Source of the DNA: Octopus sinensis
Lineage: Eukaryota
DNA length: 64,000 nt
Assembly (NCBI RefSeq): GCF_006345805.1
Contig: NC_042999.1
Coordinates: forward strand, 3,162,001 to 3,226,000
Direction: 5' to 3'
Each line of letters starts with the position of its first letter. Within the stretch, counting starts at the first letter, position 1. A program made the position numbers and the translations under genes. Below the pieces are notes generated by a model. That model was given only the letters and a program-made list of their open reading frames with translations, did no database searches and had not been told where the DNA came from. Of this stretch, positions 49,141-61,730 are shown one piece after another.

Positions 49141-50413
49141 ACCTAATTCTTTACTACCCACAAGAGGCTAACCACAGAGAGGACAAACAAGGACAGACAA
49201 ACGGATTAAGTCGATTATATCGACCCCAGTGTGTAACTGGTACTTATTTAATCGACCCCAAAAGGACGAAAGGCAAAGTCGACCTCGGCAGAATTTTAAC
49301 TCAGAACGTAATGGCAGACGAAATACCGCTAAGCATTTCGCCCGGTGTGCTAACGTTTCTGCCAGCTCACCACCTTATTTTCAGTCATACCATCCAAGCC
49401 ATACCAGCGTGAAAAGCAGACGTTAAATAATTATGATGTTCAAAGTAACCAGATCCAACTTCTCCTACCTTCCCTGCAATGTCATTCTAAAACTAAGCAA
49501 TTATATCATCAAAATCACAAAGCTACAAAATAATAATGTGAGATAAAACCTTCCTTGCCTAAATACAATTGTAAATACTGTGAAATTTTCAACAGCACTT
49601 TTATTTTCCTTTTCAGTGTTTGAAGTGGAGATTGTTATTTTTGTAATTACCGATATGGCTTCAGTAAGTAGTAATTATGACTTGCAAGGATTTATACTCG
49701 AAGACTTAGAAAATGTAGAAGAAAAGGAAAAAGAAAATCATGGCAATTTGTCTTTGAATCAATCAGATGTAGTCATTGCGTTTATCTTTAGCATGTTTCA
49801 CTCATTAGACTGTGGCCATGCTGGGGCACTGCGTTGAAGAATTTTCAGTAGAACAGATCAATCCTAGTACTTTTTTTTTAAGCCTGGTACTTATTCTATC
49901 TCTCTTTTACTGAACTGCTAAGTTATGGGGGTGTAAACATACCAACATCAGTTGTCATGTGGTGGTGGAGGACAAACACAAAAACGTGCATTTATATACA
50001 CAATGGGCTTCTTTCAGTTTCCATCTTCCAAATCCTGTCACTGAGCATTGATTGGCCCAAGGCTATCGTAGAAGATACTTGCCTGTGGTGGCATACAGTG
50101 GGACTGAACCCAGAACCATGTGGTTGGGAAGCAAACTTTTTACCACACAACCACTCATGCACCCATAAATTTTTGCCTGACCAACAAGTGTATTGTGATA
50201 GTGAAAGTGATGAGGATCTTCAAAGTGCCATTCAAAATATTATGGTGTTATGGGAAAACAATATAATACCGATACATACGCCTGAGATTATTGAAAATAC
50301 ATAATTGTCAATCATTGGTATTCATACACCTGCTGACTCACTTTAGAGTCTGCACATAAAAAGTTAACGAACTTATAAGTGAATTTTGTTCATAACTCCC
50401 TTCAACATGATTA

Positions 50414-50746
50414 CCATATTTGATGGTTTATAAGATGCACCTTTTATTTACCCAAAAAATGGCTTTAAAAATCACCCTGTGTCCAATGCACTCAATGTAG
50501 GCTCAAAACTCGCTCAAAATGGTATATATGTTTACAAAATGTGTGCTGCCATCTATTGGTGAACACCTACGGTATGTTTATATCGAATGTGGATGCAATA
50601 AATTGTTTATAATTACCAGTAACAACATAAATTTATACAGGTAAGTGGAGGAATTAAAACATTATTTTAGTGGTAATTTGTTTTACAAAAGCATAGACGA
50701 GAGTGCTTCCTATGCACTCGTGCATCTTATAGGCCATCAAATATGG
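50414..50746. mobile_element. 333-bp Tc1/mariner (Tc2-like) MITE with 27-bp TIRs and TA TSD
   Basis: TA|CCATATTTGATGGTTTATAAGATGCAC .. GTGCATCTTATAGGCCATCAAATATGG|TA, 25/27 identity between TIRs. Confidence 0.92.
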
Positions 50747-51077
50747 TAATTTACCGACCCCCAACTCTCCATGCTGGACAAAATGCTAAATGACATTGCA
50801 TTCGTGTTCATGTTGCAATGATTTCACCACTTCTTTACCTTACAACAACAACAGCAATAATAATCCTTTCTAATATTGGCACAAGGCCTGAAATTTTGCG
50901 GAGAAGGGGCCAATCGATTAGATCAACACCAGTATGCAACTGCCACTTTGATAGCCTATAAGACGCAACTTTTTTCATCCAAAAATGGCTTTAAAAGTCG
51001 CCCTGTCTCCAATGCACTCAATGTAGGCTCGAAATTCACTCAAAACGGAATATATGTTTACAAAACATTTAAGTCAT

Positions 51078-51345
51078 TCTTGACTTAAATTATGGTTTAT
51101 ACTACCCCTACCATAAAACAGATGAATACTCCAATATATTAACATTAAATCCAATCACCCTACATCCATTTCAGATAGCATCATCAACAATATTAATATT
51201 AGAATCTTCAACCTCTCTGCAAATGAAGACATTTTTCAATAATCATGACCTCTACAATAATCAGCCCATCCTTAGTAATGGTTTCTCCAAGAAAATAACT
51301 TACATTCACAACACTAAGTTAAAAAACAAACAAGATATGTTAACC
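51078..51345 (+). pseudogene. Penelope-like reverse transcriptase C-terminal fragment, inside a second partial copy of the Tc2-like MITE
   Basis: GLYYPYHKT..YINIKSNHPTSISDSIINNINIRIFNLSANEDIF (with frameshifts) matches the PLE pattern YxPYxK..YINxxSNHP..I..RIxxLSxNExIF. Confidence 0.8.
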
Positions 51346-51889
51346 CCACACAGCGTTTTATAAGACGCAAATACAACTATACCACTAGCAATATCAGAAT
51401 TCACTATAAGGTGGCAAGCGGGCAGAATCGTTACCATTCTGGACAAACTGCTCAGTGACATTTCTTCCAACTTTAGATTCTAGGTTCAAATGCTACCAGG
51501 GTAGACTTTGCCTTTTATCCTATCAAGGTTGACAAAATAACTAGCAGCTGAGCACTAGGGTCGATGGAATCAACTGACAACGCCCAACTCCACCCCTGCC
51601 TAATTCTTGGGGCCTCATACTAAATTTGAAACCCATATTAAAACTCACAACTGCTAATGGTCACATCTCTACTAATTATGTAAATTGGGTTGAGTAGAGA
51701 AGGCTTTGATAATGTCAAACTGTCCAACCCATGCCAACAAGGAAAACCAATGTTAAATGATGAAGATGATGAAAATATGCATGCATATGTATGTATACAT
51801 ACATACACATATATACATACACATATACATAAAGACACATACATACAAACATACATATATATATATATATATATATGTTTATATTCTAC

Positions 51890-52250
51890 TTCTTTCAGTT
51901 ATTTGACTGCTGTTGCATTGCCTTTAGTTGAACAATTTGACCCCAGGATTTATCCTGTGTAAGCCTAGTACTTATTCTATCGGTTTCTTTTGCCAAACTG
52001 CTAAGTTATGGGGACATAAACACACCAGCATCGGTTTTCAAGTGATGGTGTGGAGGGGACAAATACAGACACACAGATACACACACATATATATATATAC
52101 GACAGGCTTCCTTCAGTTTCCGTCTACCAAATCCACTCACAAGACATTGGTCAGCCTGAGGCTATAGTAGAAGACACCTGCCCAAGGCGCCATGCAGTGG
52201 GACTGAACCCGGAACCGTGTGGTTGAGAAGTAAGCTTCTTACCACACATC
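51890..52250 (-). mobile_element. SINE family A copy
   Basis: Reverse complement of family A. Confidence 0.85.
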
Positions 52251-52339
52251 TACACACAAACACGTACTTATGAGCATATGTTTACCCCTATATCTGTGTT
52301 TATATTGACATTTCTCTTTAAAAAAGCAAATAAAAGTGC

Positions 52340-52672
52340 CGCCCCGACTGGCCTCGTGCTGGTGGCACGTAAAAAGCACCAGCCGTTCGTAGCCGTTGCC
52401 AGCCTCGCCTGGCCCCCGTGCTGGTGGCATTTAAAAAGCACCATCCGTTCGTGGCCATTGCCAGCCTCGCCTGGCCCCCATGCCGGTGGCACATAAAAAA
52501 CACCCACTACACTCTCGGAGTGGTTGGCATTAGGAAGGGCATCCAGCCGTAGAAACATTGCCAGATCAGACTGGGCCTGGTGCAGCCTTCTGGCTTCACA
52601 GACCCCAGTTGAACCGTCCAACCCATGCTAGCATGGAAAGCAGACGCTAAACGACAATAATGATGATGATGA
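52340..52672 (+). mobile_element. RTE LINE 3' fragment
   Basis: About 3 units, tail and (GAT)n. Confidence 0.88.
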
Positions 52673-52879
52673 TTTATGTCGTCTCACAGCTCAGTAATTT
52701 GGCAAATTAAGATCTATAAAATGCATACCATATTGAAGCAATTACTGGGGCTAATATGCATGATAACAGTGCCCCAGTATGGCCAAACTCCCATAACAAA
52801 CCAATATCAGAGTGTTCTCATTAGGAAGCAAGTTTTGTATTCAATATTCAACTACCTGTCAGATTTGTCATACATACTT

Positions 52880-54010
52880 TAAAAACCTGGTGCTCCATCG
52901 ATTATGATGATGATGGTTCCAGTTGATCTGATTAACAGAACACCCTATCTGTGAAATTAACGTGCAAGTGGCTGAGTACTCAACAGACATGTGTACTCTT
53001 AATGCAGTTATCCAGAAGATTTACCATGACACAGGATGTTACACAATGTTACACGGTTGGCCTCCTTCGAATTACAAGAACAATTCATTTTTGCCAGCAG
53101 ACTAGACTGGAGTGACATCATCATCATCATCCTCAGCAACAGGCTGCAATTTGATCTGGCAGTGTTTCTACAGCTGGATGCCCTTCCTAACGCCAACCAC
53201 TCTGAGAGAGTAATGGGTGCTTTTTATGTGCCACCAGCATGGAAGCCCATCAGGCGGCACTGGTAATGACCATGCTCAGATGGTCCTTTTTACATGCCAC
53301 TGGCATGGGAGCCAGTCAGGCGGCACTGGTATTGACCATGCTCAAATGGTCCTTTTTACATGCCACCATCATAGAGGCCTGTCAGGTGGCACTGGTATTG
53401 ACCATGCTCAAATGGTCCTTTTTACATGCCACCATCATGGAGGCCTGTCAGGTGGCACTGGTATTGACCATGCTCAAATGGTCCTTTTTACATGCCACCA
53501 TCATGGAAGCCAGTCGGGTAGCACTGGTATTGACCATGCTCAGATGGTCCTTTTTACATTCCACTGGCATGGGAGCCAGTCAGGCGGCACTGGTATTGAC
53601 CATGCTCAAATGGTCCTTTTTACATTCCACTGGCATGGGAGCCAGTCAGGTGGAACTGGTATTGACCATACTCAAATGGTCCTTTTTACATTCCACTGGC
53701 ATGGGAGCCAGTCAGGTGGAACTGGTATTGACCATACTCAAATGGTCCTTTTTACATTCCACTGACATGGGAGCCAGTCAGGCGGCACTGGTATTAACCA
53801 TGCTCAAATGGTCCTTTTTACATGCCACTGGCATGGGAGCCAGTCAGGCGGCACTGGTATTGACCATGCTCAAATGGTGCTTCTTTACATGCCACCAGCA
53901 GGAGATGAAATAAAATGGCTTGCTTAAGGACACAATGCACTGCCATGATTTGAACTCACAACCTTACGATCAAGAGCCAAATACTCTTACCACTAAGCCA
54001 TGCTCTTTCA
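52880..54010 (-). mobile_element. SINE family D copy split by an RTE fragment (53115-53905)
   Basis: Tail at 52880-53115 and head at 53905-54010 rejoin into the family seen at 16015 and 43290. Confidence 0.75.
53228..53895 (-). repeat. 66-bp tandem array (10 units) within the RTE 3' UTR
   Basis: TGGTCCTTTTTACAT recurs at exact 66-bp spacing from 53281 for 9 copies, with a tenth variant copy (TGGTGCTTCTTTACAT) at about 53875. Confidence 0.95.
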
Positions 54011-54534
54011 CCATAACATAGGTTAAACACACACATATAACAGGAAAATATATTTATATTTCTTGCATTATATTGTAGTTTTTTTTTGTTTTTACTCAGA
54101 ATTTCAAATAGTTTTCTTTCGCAAGTGTCTTTATATAAATAACTCCTATTTCAGTTTCCTTATTGTAATAAGAAAAGTCACGCGAGAAAGAAAGATAAAT
54201 ACAAAAGACATACACATACATACAAAACAAATTGTCTATTCAGTTATAAATCTTAGGAGCTTCTTTCCTTTCATACGTAGATGTGAATCTATGATTAGAG
54301 CTACTTAAGTACTATTTTCTTTGTCGCTAAATATTTTCGATGGTTTATAATTGGCGAAAATATTAGTTTAGATTTTCTTTCATTTTTATATCTATTCATT
54401 TTCATACATATATTATTATTATTATCATTATCATTATTATTGTTGTAGTTGTTGTTATTACTATTATTATTGTCATTGTTAATTTTTTTCAATAATGTAT
54501 TTCTCACTGACTAAATGCAAAGATACAAATTTAC

Positions 54535-54579
<45 letters not shown>

Positions 54580-54837
54580 CACAAATATAGAAACGCACAC
54601 ATGATATATTATGTGTGTATAGGTGTGTATATGCATGCGTGTTTGTGTGTGAGTGGTATGGTGTGTAGCTAGATGTACGTGGGGGCAGGCATGGATGGGT
54701 GTGCTGCTAAGAAGTTTACTTTCTCAACCTAATTTTCTTGAGTTCACTCCTACTGCATGGCACCTTGAGTAAATGTCCTCTGCTCAGTTCTTTGGCATAT
54801 ACAGGGTATGACAAAAAAGACCTTCCAGGTTCATGAT

Positions 54838-55110
54838 TAAATAATAATAATAATAATAATAATGAAATTATTGTGTATAGTGCTCAGGTGCACTACAACT
54901 CATCAAAGGTGCATAGAATTACAGAATATATAGAATTATGTATAAAAGTCAGGAAAGTGAACAGTATATGAGTCATGATATACATGTGTGCATGTGTATG
55001 GAGGGGGTGGGGTATCAGGTGTAGTGTTGGCGAATTTCAGGAATTATGGAGGTTTTAAAGGATGCAATGTCTTGGCAACTAACTACTGATGCAGGTGATT
55101 TGTTCCAGGT
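54838..55110 (-). mobile_element. 3' end of a CR1/L2-type LINE
   Basis: The minus strand reads WNKSPASVVSCQDIASFKTSI (the WNxLP..VV...FK motif), then a 3' UTR and an (ATT)n tail. Confidence 0.8.
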
Positions 55111-55844
55111 GATTCTTCATAAACATTTCAATAACAAACCTACAGTTTGCACCAGTCCAAACGGTGATGGTCACTGACAAAAGAAGGTAACCATTATCCA
55201 CATGCAGATGGCTTTAACTTCTGGCTAAGTTCTCCAATGCCACAACAATGACTGTTTAAAAAGTGGGGGATTTCTGTACTTCGCTCTGTAGAAGCATAGC
55301 TGAATTCTTTACTTAAAGAACCAATATTAGAATCCCTTTTTCCATATGGTTATCACTTATTTCTCTATATTAAATTGTATTTAATGTTTATAACATTTAT
55401 CACATGTTAATATGCTTCAGACTTATTTATTCTGGCTGCCAAATAATAACAGAAGCATTGTAACTCCAAATATTTTTGGCAAACCAATCACTGCAAACTC
55501 CAGAACTGTTTTCATTAACTTTTTGGCTCTCTTGTCAGGTGAGAATGTAAACACCTTTCTTTCCAATCATAGCTTGGAATTATTGATAAACAAACTGTAT
55601 TATGCAACTACAAGCAGAGACTTAACAGATTTTATCAAGATAAAACAGTGTTTGTATATAGCTAACTCTAAAATTGGAATTAGATAGACAAGTATTGATT
55701 ACACATTCGCTGAAAAGAATGCTATAAAACTAAAACTCTTAAAGTTAGTTGCAAAGTTGTCACCCCTTGGATTCCTGAAAATATTTGTAATTATAATGCT
55801 AATGCTATTTTTTACAGCAACAAACATGTTTTTTTTGTTTTTTT

Positions 55845-56212
55845 TTACTTGCTTCAGTCATTTGACTGTGGCCATGCTGGAGCACCGCCTTTAATCGAGC
55901 AACTCAACCCCGGGACTTATTCTTTGTAAGCCCAGTACTTATTCTATTGCTAAGTGGCGGGGACATAAACACACCAGCATCGGTTGTCAAGCAATGCTAG
56001 GGGGGCAAACACAGACACACAAACATACACGTACACACATATATATATACATATATACGACAGGCTTCTTTCAGTTTCCGTCTACCAAATCCACTCACAA
56101 GGCTTTGGTCGGCCCGAGGCTATAGTAGAAGACACTTGCCCAAGGTGCCACGCAGTGGGACTGAACCCAGAACCATGTAGTTTGTAAGCAAGCTACTTAC
56201 CACACAGCCACT
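55845..56212 (-). mobile_element. SINE family A copy
   Basis: Reverse complement of family A. Confidence 0.9.
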
Positions 56213-56425
56213 CAAAATATGAAATACTAGGGTGTCACTTTGGAAGTATAATTTGATCACCATGCATCATGTCAGGGACTACATGGATACAATAATTAGA
56301 ATCTTGTTTGCTTTTACATGAATGAGACCATGCTGGGGCACTGCCTTGAAGGATTTTAGTGAAACAAAACCGATCTTGGGGTTTTTCATTTTAAGCCTGG
56401 TACTTATTCTGTCAATCTTTTTATC

Positions 56426-56840
56426 GGCATAGGAGTGGCTGTGTGGTAAGTAGCTTGCTTACGAACCACATGGTTCCGGGTTCAGTCCCACTGCATGGCA
56501 CCTTGGGCAAGTGTCTTCTACTATAATCTCGGGCCGACCAAAGCCTTGTGAGTGGATTCGGTAGATGGAAACTGAAAGAAGCCCATTGTACATATGTATT
56601 TATATATATGTATGTGCATGTATATGTTTGTGTGTTTGTGTTTGTTCCCCAACCCCCCAACATCGCTTGACAACTGATGCTGGTGTGTTTACGTCCCCGT
56701 AACTTAGCAGTTCGGCAAAAATGACCGATAGAGTAAGTAGTAGGCTTACAAAGAATAAGTCCTGGGGTCAATTTGCTCAACTAAAGGCGGTGTTCCAGCA
56801 TGGCCACAGTCACATGACTGAAACAAATAAAAGAGAAAAA
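56426..56840 (+). mobile_element. SINE family A full-length copy
   Basis: Colinear with 25001. Confidence 0.9.
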
Positions 56841-58035
56841 AGAGTATCTGAACTAAGAATGTAAATAAACCAACACTGCCATCATATAGTGGTGGGGAAA
56901 CAAATACATACACACACACATACCCTTGTATATATATATACATACATATGTACATACATACATAGATACACGCAACAGACTTCTTTCAGTTTCCATCTAC
57001 CAAATCCACTCAAGGCTTTAGTTGCCCCAAGGCAATAGTAGATGACACTTACCCATGGTGTCACACAGTGGGACTGAACCCAGAACCATGTGGATGGGAA
57101 GCAAGCTTCTTACTAATCAGTTACACCTGTTCCAATAATTTAACTTTTATAAGAAAAATTCCTTGAAGCTCACAAGAAAAGTATTTACCTTAAAACTAAA
57201 TTAAATAAAACAACTTCTTCATTTGCATATTTGCAATAAATATGTTATTATTTTCCTAAATTTTACAAACACCATCGCAATCTACTCTTTTGAGAACCTG
57301 TATCTGTAAAATTTTATAAGGTAAAAAAATATTTTTACAAGGTAAAAAAAGGGTATTTTTTACAAATTATTATCGCCTGCCATCAAACCTTATATGTGCA
57401 CTCACCCTCCCCTCTTATGTTACTACTCTTTGTATTCTTCTTTCTCTCTACCCCTCTCCCCTCTCTCTCTTTCTCTCATGTAAAATGTGACGGGACAAGT
57501 CCACCAACCAACCAACGAACCAACCAGCCAGCCAGCCAACATTTATATCAGTTGTTATTATATAGAGTTGATTTTACATACTGAAATATCTAAAATATTT
57601 TGCTTGCTTTGGCCAATTCATTTGCAGATCAATGCTATTGATCAAAGAGCAGATCTTTGATCTATGTGATAGCTCTGATAATTACACATTGAAGCAGAAA
57701 ACTAATGTGTGTGGGGCAGGGTTATAGTTTAGGCAGCTAAATTTAATGTAGACTATACATCCACACTTTACATATATATATATATATATATATATGTATA
57801 ATGTACATATATATAAAGGTATGTATATAGGCACAGTTGTGGGTATGTAGTTAAAAAACTCACTTTGTAGCTATCTAGTTTCAGGTTCAATCCCACTGTG
57901 TGGCATCTTGGGCAAGTGTCCTCTACTACAGCTACTACAGCCCCAGGCCAATGAATGGCATATGGGGGAATTTGTTAGATAGGAATTGATATTTTTATAT
58001 ATGGAATAATTATATACATATATATACATACATAC

Positions 58036-58072
<37 letters not shown>

Positions 58073-58074
58073 CA

Positions 58075-58640
58075 TATCATCATCATCATCATTTAACGTC
58101 CGCTTTCCATGCTAGCATGGGTTGGACGGTTCAACTGGGGTCTGGGGAGCCCGAAGGCTGCACCAGGCCAGTCAGATCTGGCAGTGTTTCTACAGCTGGA
58201 TGCCCTTCCTAACGCCAACCACTCCGAGAGTGTAGTGGGTGATTTTATGTGCCACCGACACAGGTGCCAGACGAGGCTGGCGAACGGCCACGCTCGGATG
58301 GTGTTTTTTTGTGCCACCGACACAGGTGCCAGACGAGGCTGGCAGACGGCCACGCTTGGATGGTGTTTTTTATGTGCCACCGACACAGGTGCCAGACGAG
58401 GCTGGCAGACGGCCACGCTCGGATGGTGTTTTTTTTGTGCCACCGACACAGGTGCCAGATGAGGCTGGCGAACGGCCACGATTGGATGGTGTTTGTTACG
58501 TGCCCACAGCACGGAGGCCAGTCGATGCAGCACTGGCTACGGCCACGTTCGGATGGTTTTCTTGTGTGCCACCGGTACTGGTACCACAAAGATACAAATT
58601 CCGTTGATGTTCATCTATTTTGATTTGTTTTGATTTGATT
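58075..58640 (-). mobile_element. RTE LINE 3' fragment with 4 near-identical ~62-bp units
   Basis: GTGCCACCGACACAGGTGCCAGA at about 58249, 58311, 58375 and 58437. Confidence 0.9.
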
Positions 58641-58688
58641 TGATTTTCATATATACATACATATATATATATATACATACACACACAC

Positions 58689-58730
<42 letters not shown>

Positions 58731-58748
58731 TACACACACACATTATAT

Positions 58749-58780
<32 letters not shown>

Positions 58781-59059
58781 CATATATATACATATACATA
58801 TGTGTATCTGTGTGCCCCACCATCACTTGACAACTGATGTTGGTGTGTTTAAGTCCCCGTAACGTAGCTGTCCAGCCAACGAGACCGATTGAATAACTAG
58901 TAGGCTTACAAAGAATAAGTCCTAGTGTCGATTTGTTTGATTAAAGACAGTGCTCCAGCATGGCAATATTCAAATGCCTGAAACAAGTAAAGGAATAAAT
59001 GAATGTCTTCATCAAAATTTCATGTTAATTTACGTTCTAAACACCTGACTAATAAACGT

Positions 59060-59495
59060 TTCTGCTATAGACACAAGGCTCAAAATTTTGGAGGATGAGG
59101 GCTAATCAATTGCATTGACCCCAATGCTCATTTCAGTGACCCTGAAATGATGAAAGGCAAAGTCGACCTTATCCTTGGTGGGATTTGAACTCAGAACGTA
59201 AAGATAACGAAACACTGCTAACCAATTTGTTTATTGTGCTGATGATTCTAACAGCTTGCCCCCTTAGACACCAGCTTAATAATCCTTTCTGCTATAGGTA
59301 TGAGGCCTGACATTTGGGGGCGGGGACTAGTTGATTACATCGACCCCAGTACTTGACTGGTACTTATTTTACTGACCCCAAAATTATGAAAAGCAAATTC
59401 GATCCCAGCAGAATTTGAACTCAGAACGTAGCAATGAGTGAAATACTGCTAAGCATTTTGCTTAAAGTCCTAACGACTCTGCTAGCTCACTACCT
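59060..59495 (-). mobile_element. Family B-related SINE, two tandem units
   Basis: GATGAAAGGCAAAGTCGACC..GAACTCAGAACGTA occurs twice. Confidence 0.8.
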
Positions 59496-59498
59496 TAA

Positions 59499-59930
59499 CC
59501 CCTTTGTTACCAACCTGGCTGAAACCGGCTCTGGCTCTGTAGTACAAATGTCTTGTTTTCATAAGTCTTGAATTAAAATCTTCCACCAAACCTTAGTCAC
59601 AATTTATTTTCCTAACAGTAGCTGAATAACTAAGTTATTTTACTAAATTCTTTGTTATATTTAAAATTAATTGGAAGAAACACTGAACATCCCAACAGAA
59701 ATATGGTAACAAAAGGGTTAAAGTTACCATGATATTTTTAACCCTTTTGTTACCAACCCAGCTGAAACCACCTCTGGCTTTGTAGTACAAGTGTCTTGTT
59801 TTCATAAGTTCTGAATTAAAATCTTCCACCAAACCTTAGTCACAATTTATGTTCCTAACACTAGCTTAAGGATAACTATGTTATTTTAATAAATTCTTTG
59901 TTATATTTAAAGTAATTGAGAGAAATACAG
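59499..59930 (+). mobile_element. Tandem dimer of the ~220-bp piggyBac-like MITE
   Basis: TTAA|CCCCTTTGTTACC (59499) .. GGTAACAAAAGGG|TTAA (59717), spacer AGTTACCATGATATTT, second unit from 59742 (truncated). Confidence 0.88.
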
Positions 59931-60054
59931 TATGTAATATATATATGTATATGTGTGTGTCTTTGTATGTGTCTGTGTATATATATATATATATATATAG
60001 TCGCCATGATGGATCTACACACATTTTTTTCTCTCCTTGTTTCTTTCTGTGTCC

Positions 60055-60090
60055 CTTTCTGTAGAAGAGCATAGGCTCAAAACGTAAAAG
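60055..60090 (+). ncRNA. Variant minimal hammerhead-like motif (non-canonical core)
   Basis: CTTT-CTGTAGA-A-GAGC/ATAG/GCTC-AAAA-CGT-A-AAAG. All stems are present; two core positions deviate. Confidence 0.5.
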
Positions 60091-60822
60091 ACTTTTTCTA
60101 TTCCTGAGTATTATACTAATACATCTGTTTGTTTTCTACACCACCCATCTTCGTCTTTTGTTTTTTTCATGAACTCTCCCTATATATATATATATATATA
60201 TAAGTTTAGCAAAAATTTAGATTCAAATGAATATGGTACTTAGTTTAGATGCACCAGAATTCTTTGTGGTGTTATCCATAAAAATCCGTGGGGTGATTAT
60301 AATCAAAATAAGCAACAAGAATGACCCTGGTAATTTGTTACGATCGTTTCGTACTACATCATTTTATTAAATGTAAGTATTACAACAGTTTTAAAATGCT
60401 GAGCACTCATCAGCCAATTATAGAGGTTTTCCATTAATACAAAGATTTTCATATCAAGTGGCAACATTATAGAGAAGGTAGATATATAGACAAAGATGTG
60501 GATTTAAATTTTAAGAACATTTGAGGTAGTGGAGCCCATCAACTGACTGACTAAGTTCCAGACTACTGTAAGGTTCTGAGAGGGAAGAATAAGTGGAAGG
60601 AGACAATAAAGATTTTCTAATTATAGAAATGGGATAAAGGGGATTTCAGAGCTCCATATAATGAATTTATGTAGAAGACAGCATTGTCACTACTAAATGC
60701 CAATTACTACTATTTGATGAACAGACTCGGCGTTAGGAGAACTAGGTCAATGTCAAGTGGTCACATTAACATTCACAGAGAATGCAGAGACCTTACAAAC
60801 CCTATGCATATCATCACAACAC

Positions 60823-60872
<50 letters not shown>

Positions 60873-61469
60873 AAGGGTTAAGCACCAGCTTAATTATGCC
60901 AGATATTTTACTCTATTCTCTGTTATTTTGAAAATTGATTGAAATAACAGTTTATTTCAGCAGAAATATGGTAACCAAAGTGTTAAAGAAGAATCAATGA
61001 GAAGCTATGATATTTTTATTTTTTTCAGAAGGTTATTTTAAGCAAAAGCAAATGAGGCAATACCATTTCAATTGGGAATCAAAAACCTGATCAAAATCAG
61101 AAAAATATCAATAAAAGTACAATATATTACAAATTGACCGCAACTTTCTGAGAGAGGAAATATCAAATGAATCAATTTCCAATACTTGTCCAGAAGTTGT
61201 TTTATTGATCCTTGTGGGATTTTATCTGAAAACATAGGAATAGATTTAAAGACCATATGACATTTAGGTTCTAGCGCTTTACCATTTCTGCCTCCGTTTC
61301 TCCTTAAAACAATGGCAACAACATTATTAGGTTTATCTGTTATGAAGTATTTGTGACCAGGTCACAAGAGTGAGACCAAAACTTTTTAAGAGTTGGTAGT
61401 TCGTAATACTCTTAAGAAATGAACAAAATGGGAATTTTAAAATTTCTGTTCTTAACCATTTTGTTATCA

Positions 61470-61730
61470 CCTTACTGGCACCTGTGCCGGTGGCATGTGT
61501 AAAAGATTTGAGCGAGGTCATTGCCAGTACTGCCTAACTGGCCCCCTGCCAGTGGCATGTAAAAGCACCCACTACACTCTTGGAGTGGTTGGCGTTAGGA
61601 AGGGCATCCAGCTATAGAAACTCTGCAAGATCAACATTGGAGCCTGGTGCAGCCATCTGGTTCACCTCAGTCAAAATCGTCCAACCCATGCTAGCTTGGA
61701 AAGCAGATGTTAAACGACGATGATGATGAT
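61470..61730 (+). mobile_element. RTE LINE 3' fragment nested in a diverged piggyBac-like MITE (about 61452-61940)
   Basis: TTAACCATTTTGTTA left end, RTE tail plus (GAT)n, then MITE-like sequence ending GGTATCAAAGGAGTTAA. Confidence 0.7.

Noticed and set aside
53217-53913. 182-aa and 224-aa ORFs with 22-aa repeats
   Set aside because: A consequence of the 66-bp (multiple of 3) tandem unit in an RTE 3' UTR, antisense to the LINE. Not a gene.
55412-55687. 91-aa non-repetitive ORF
   Set aside because: No recognisable domain or homology; the length is compatible with chance in AT-rich DNA.
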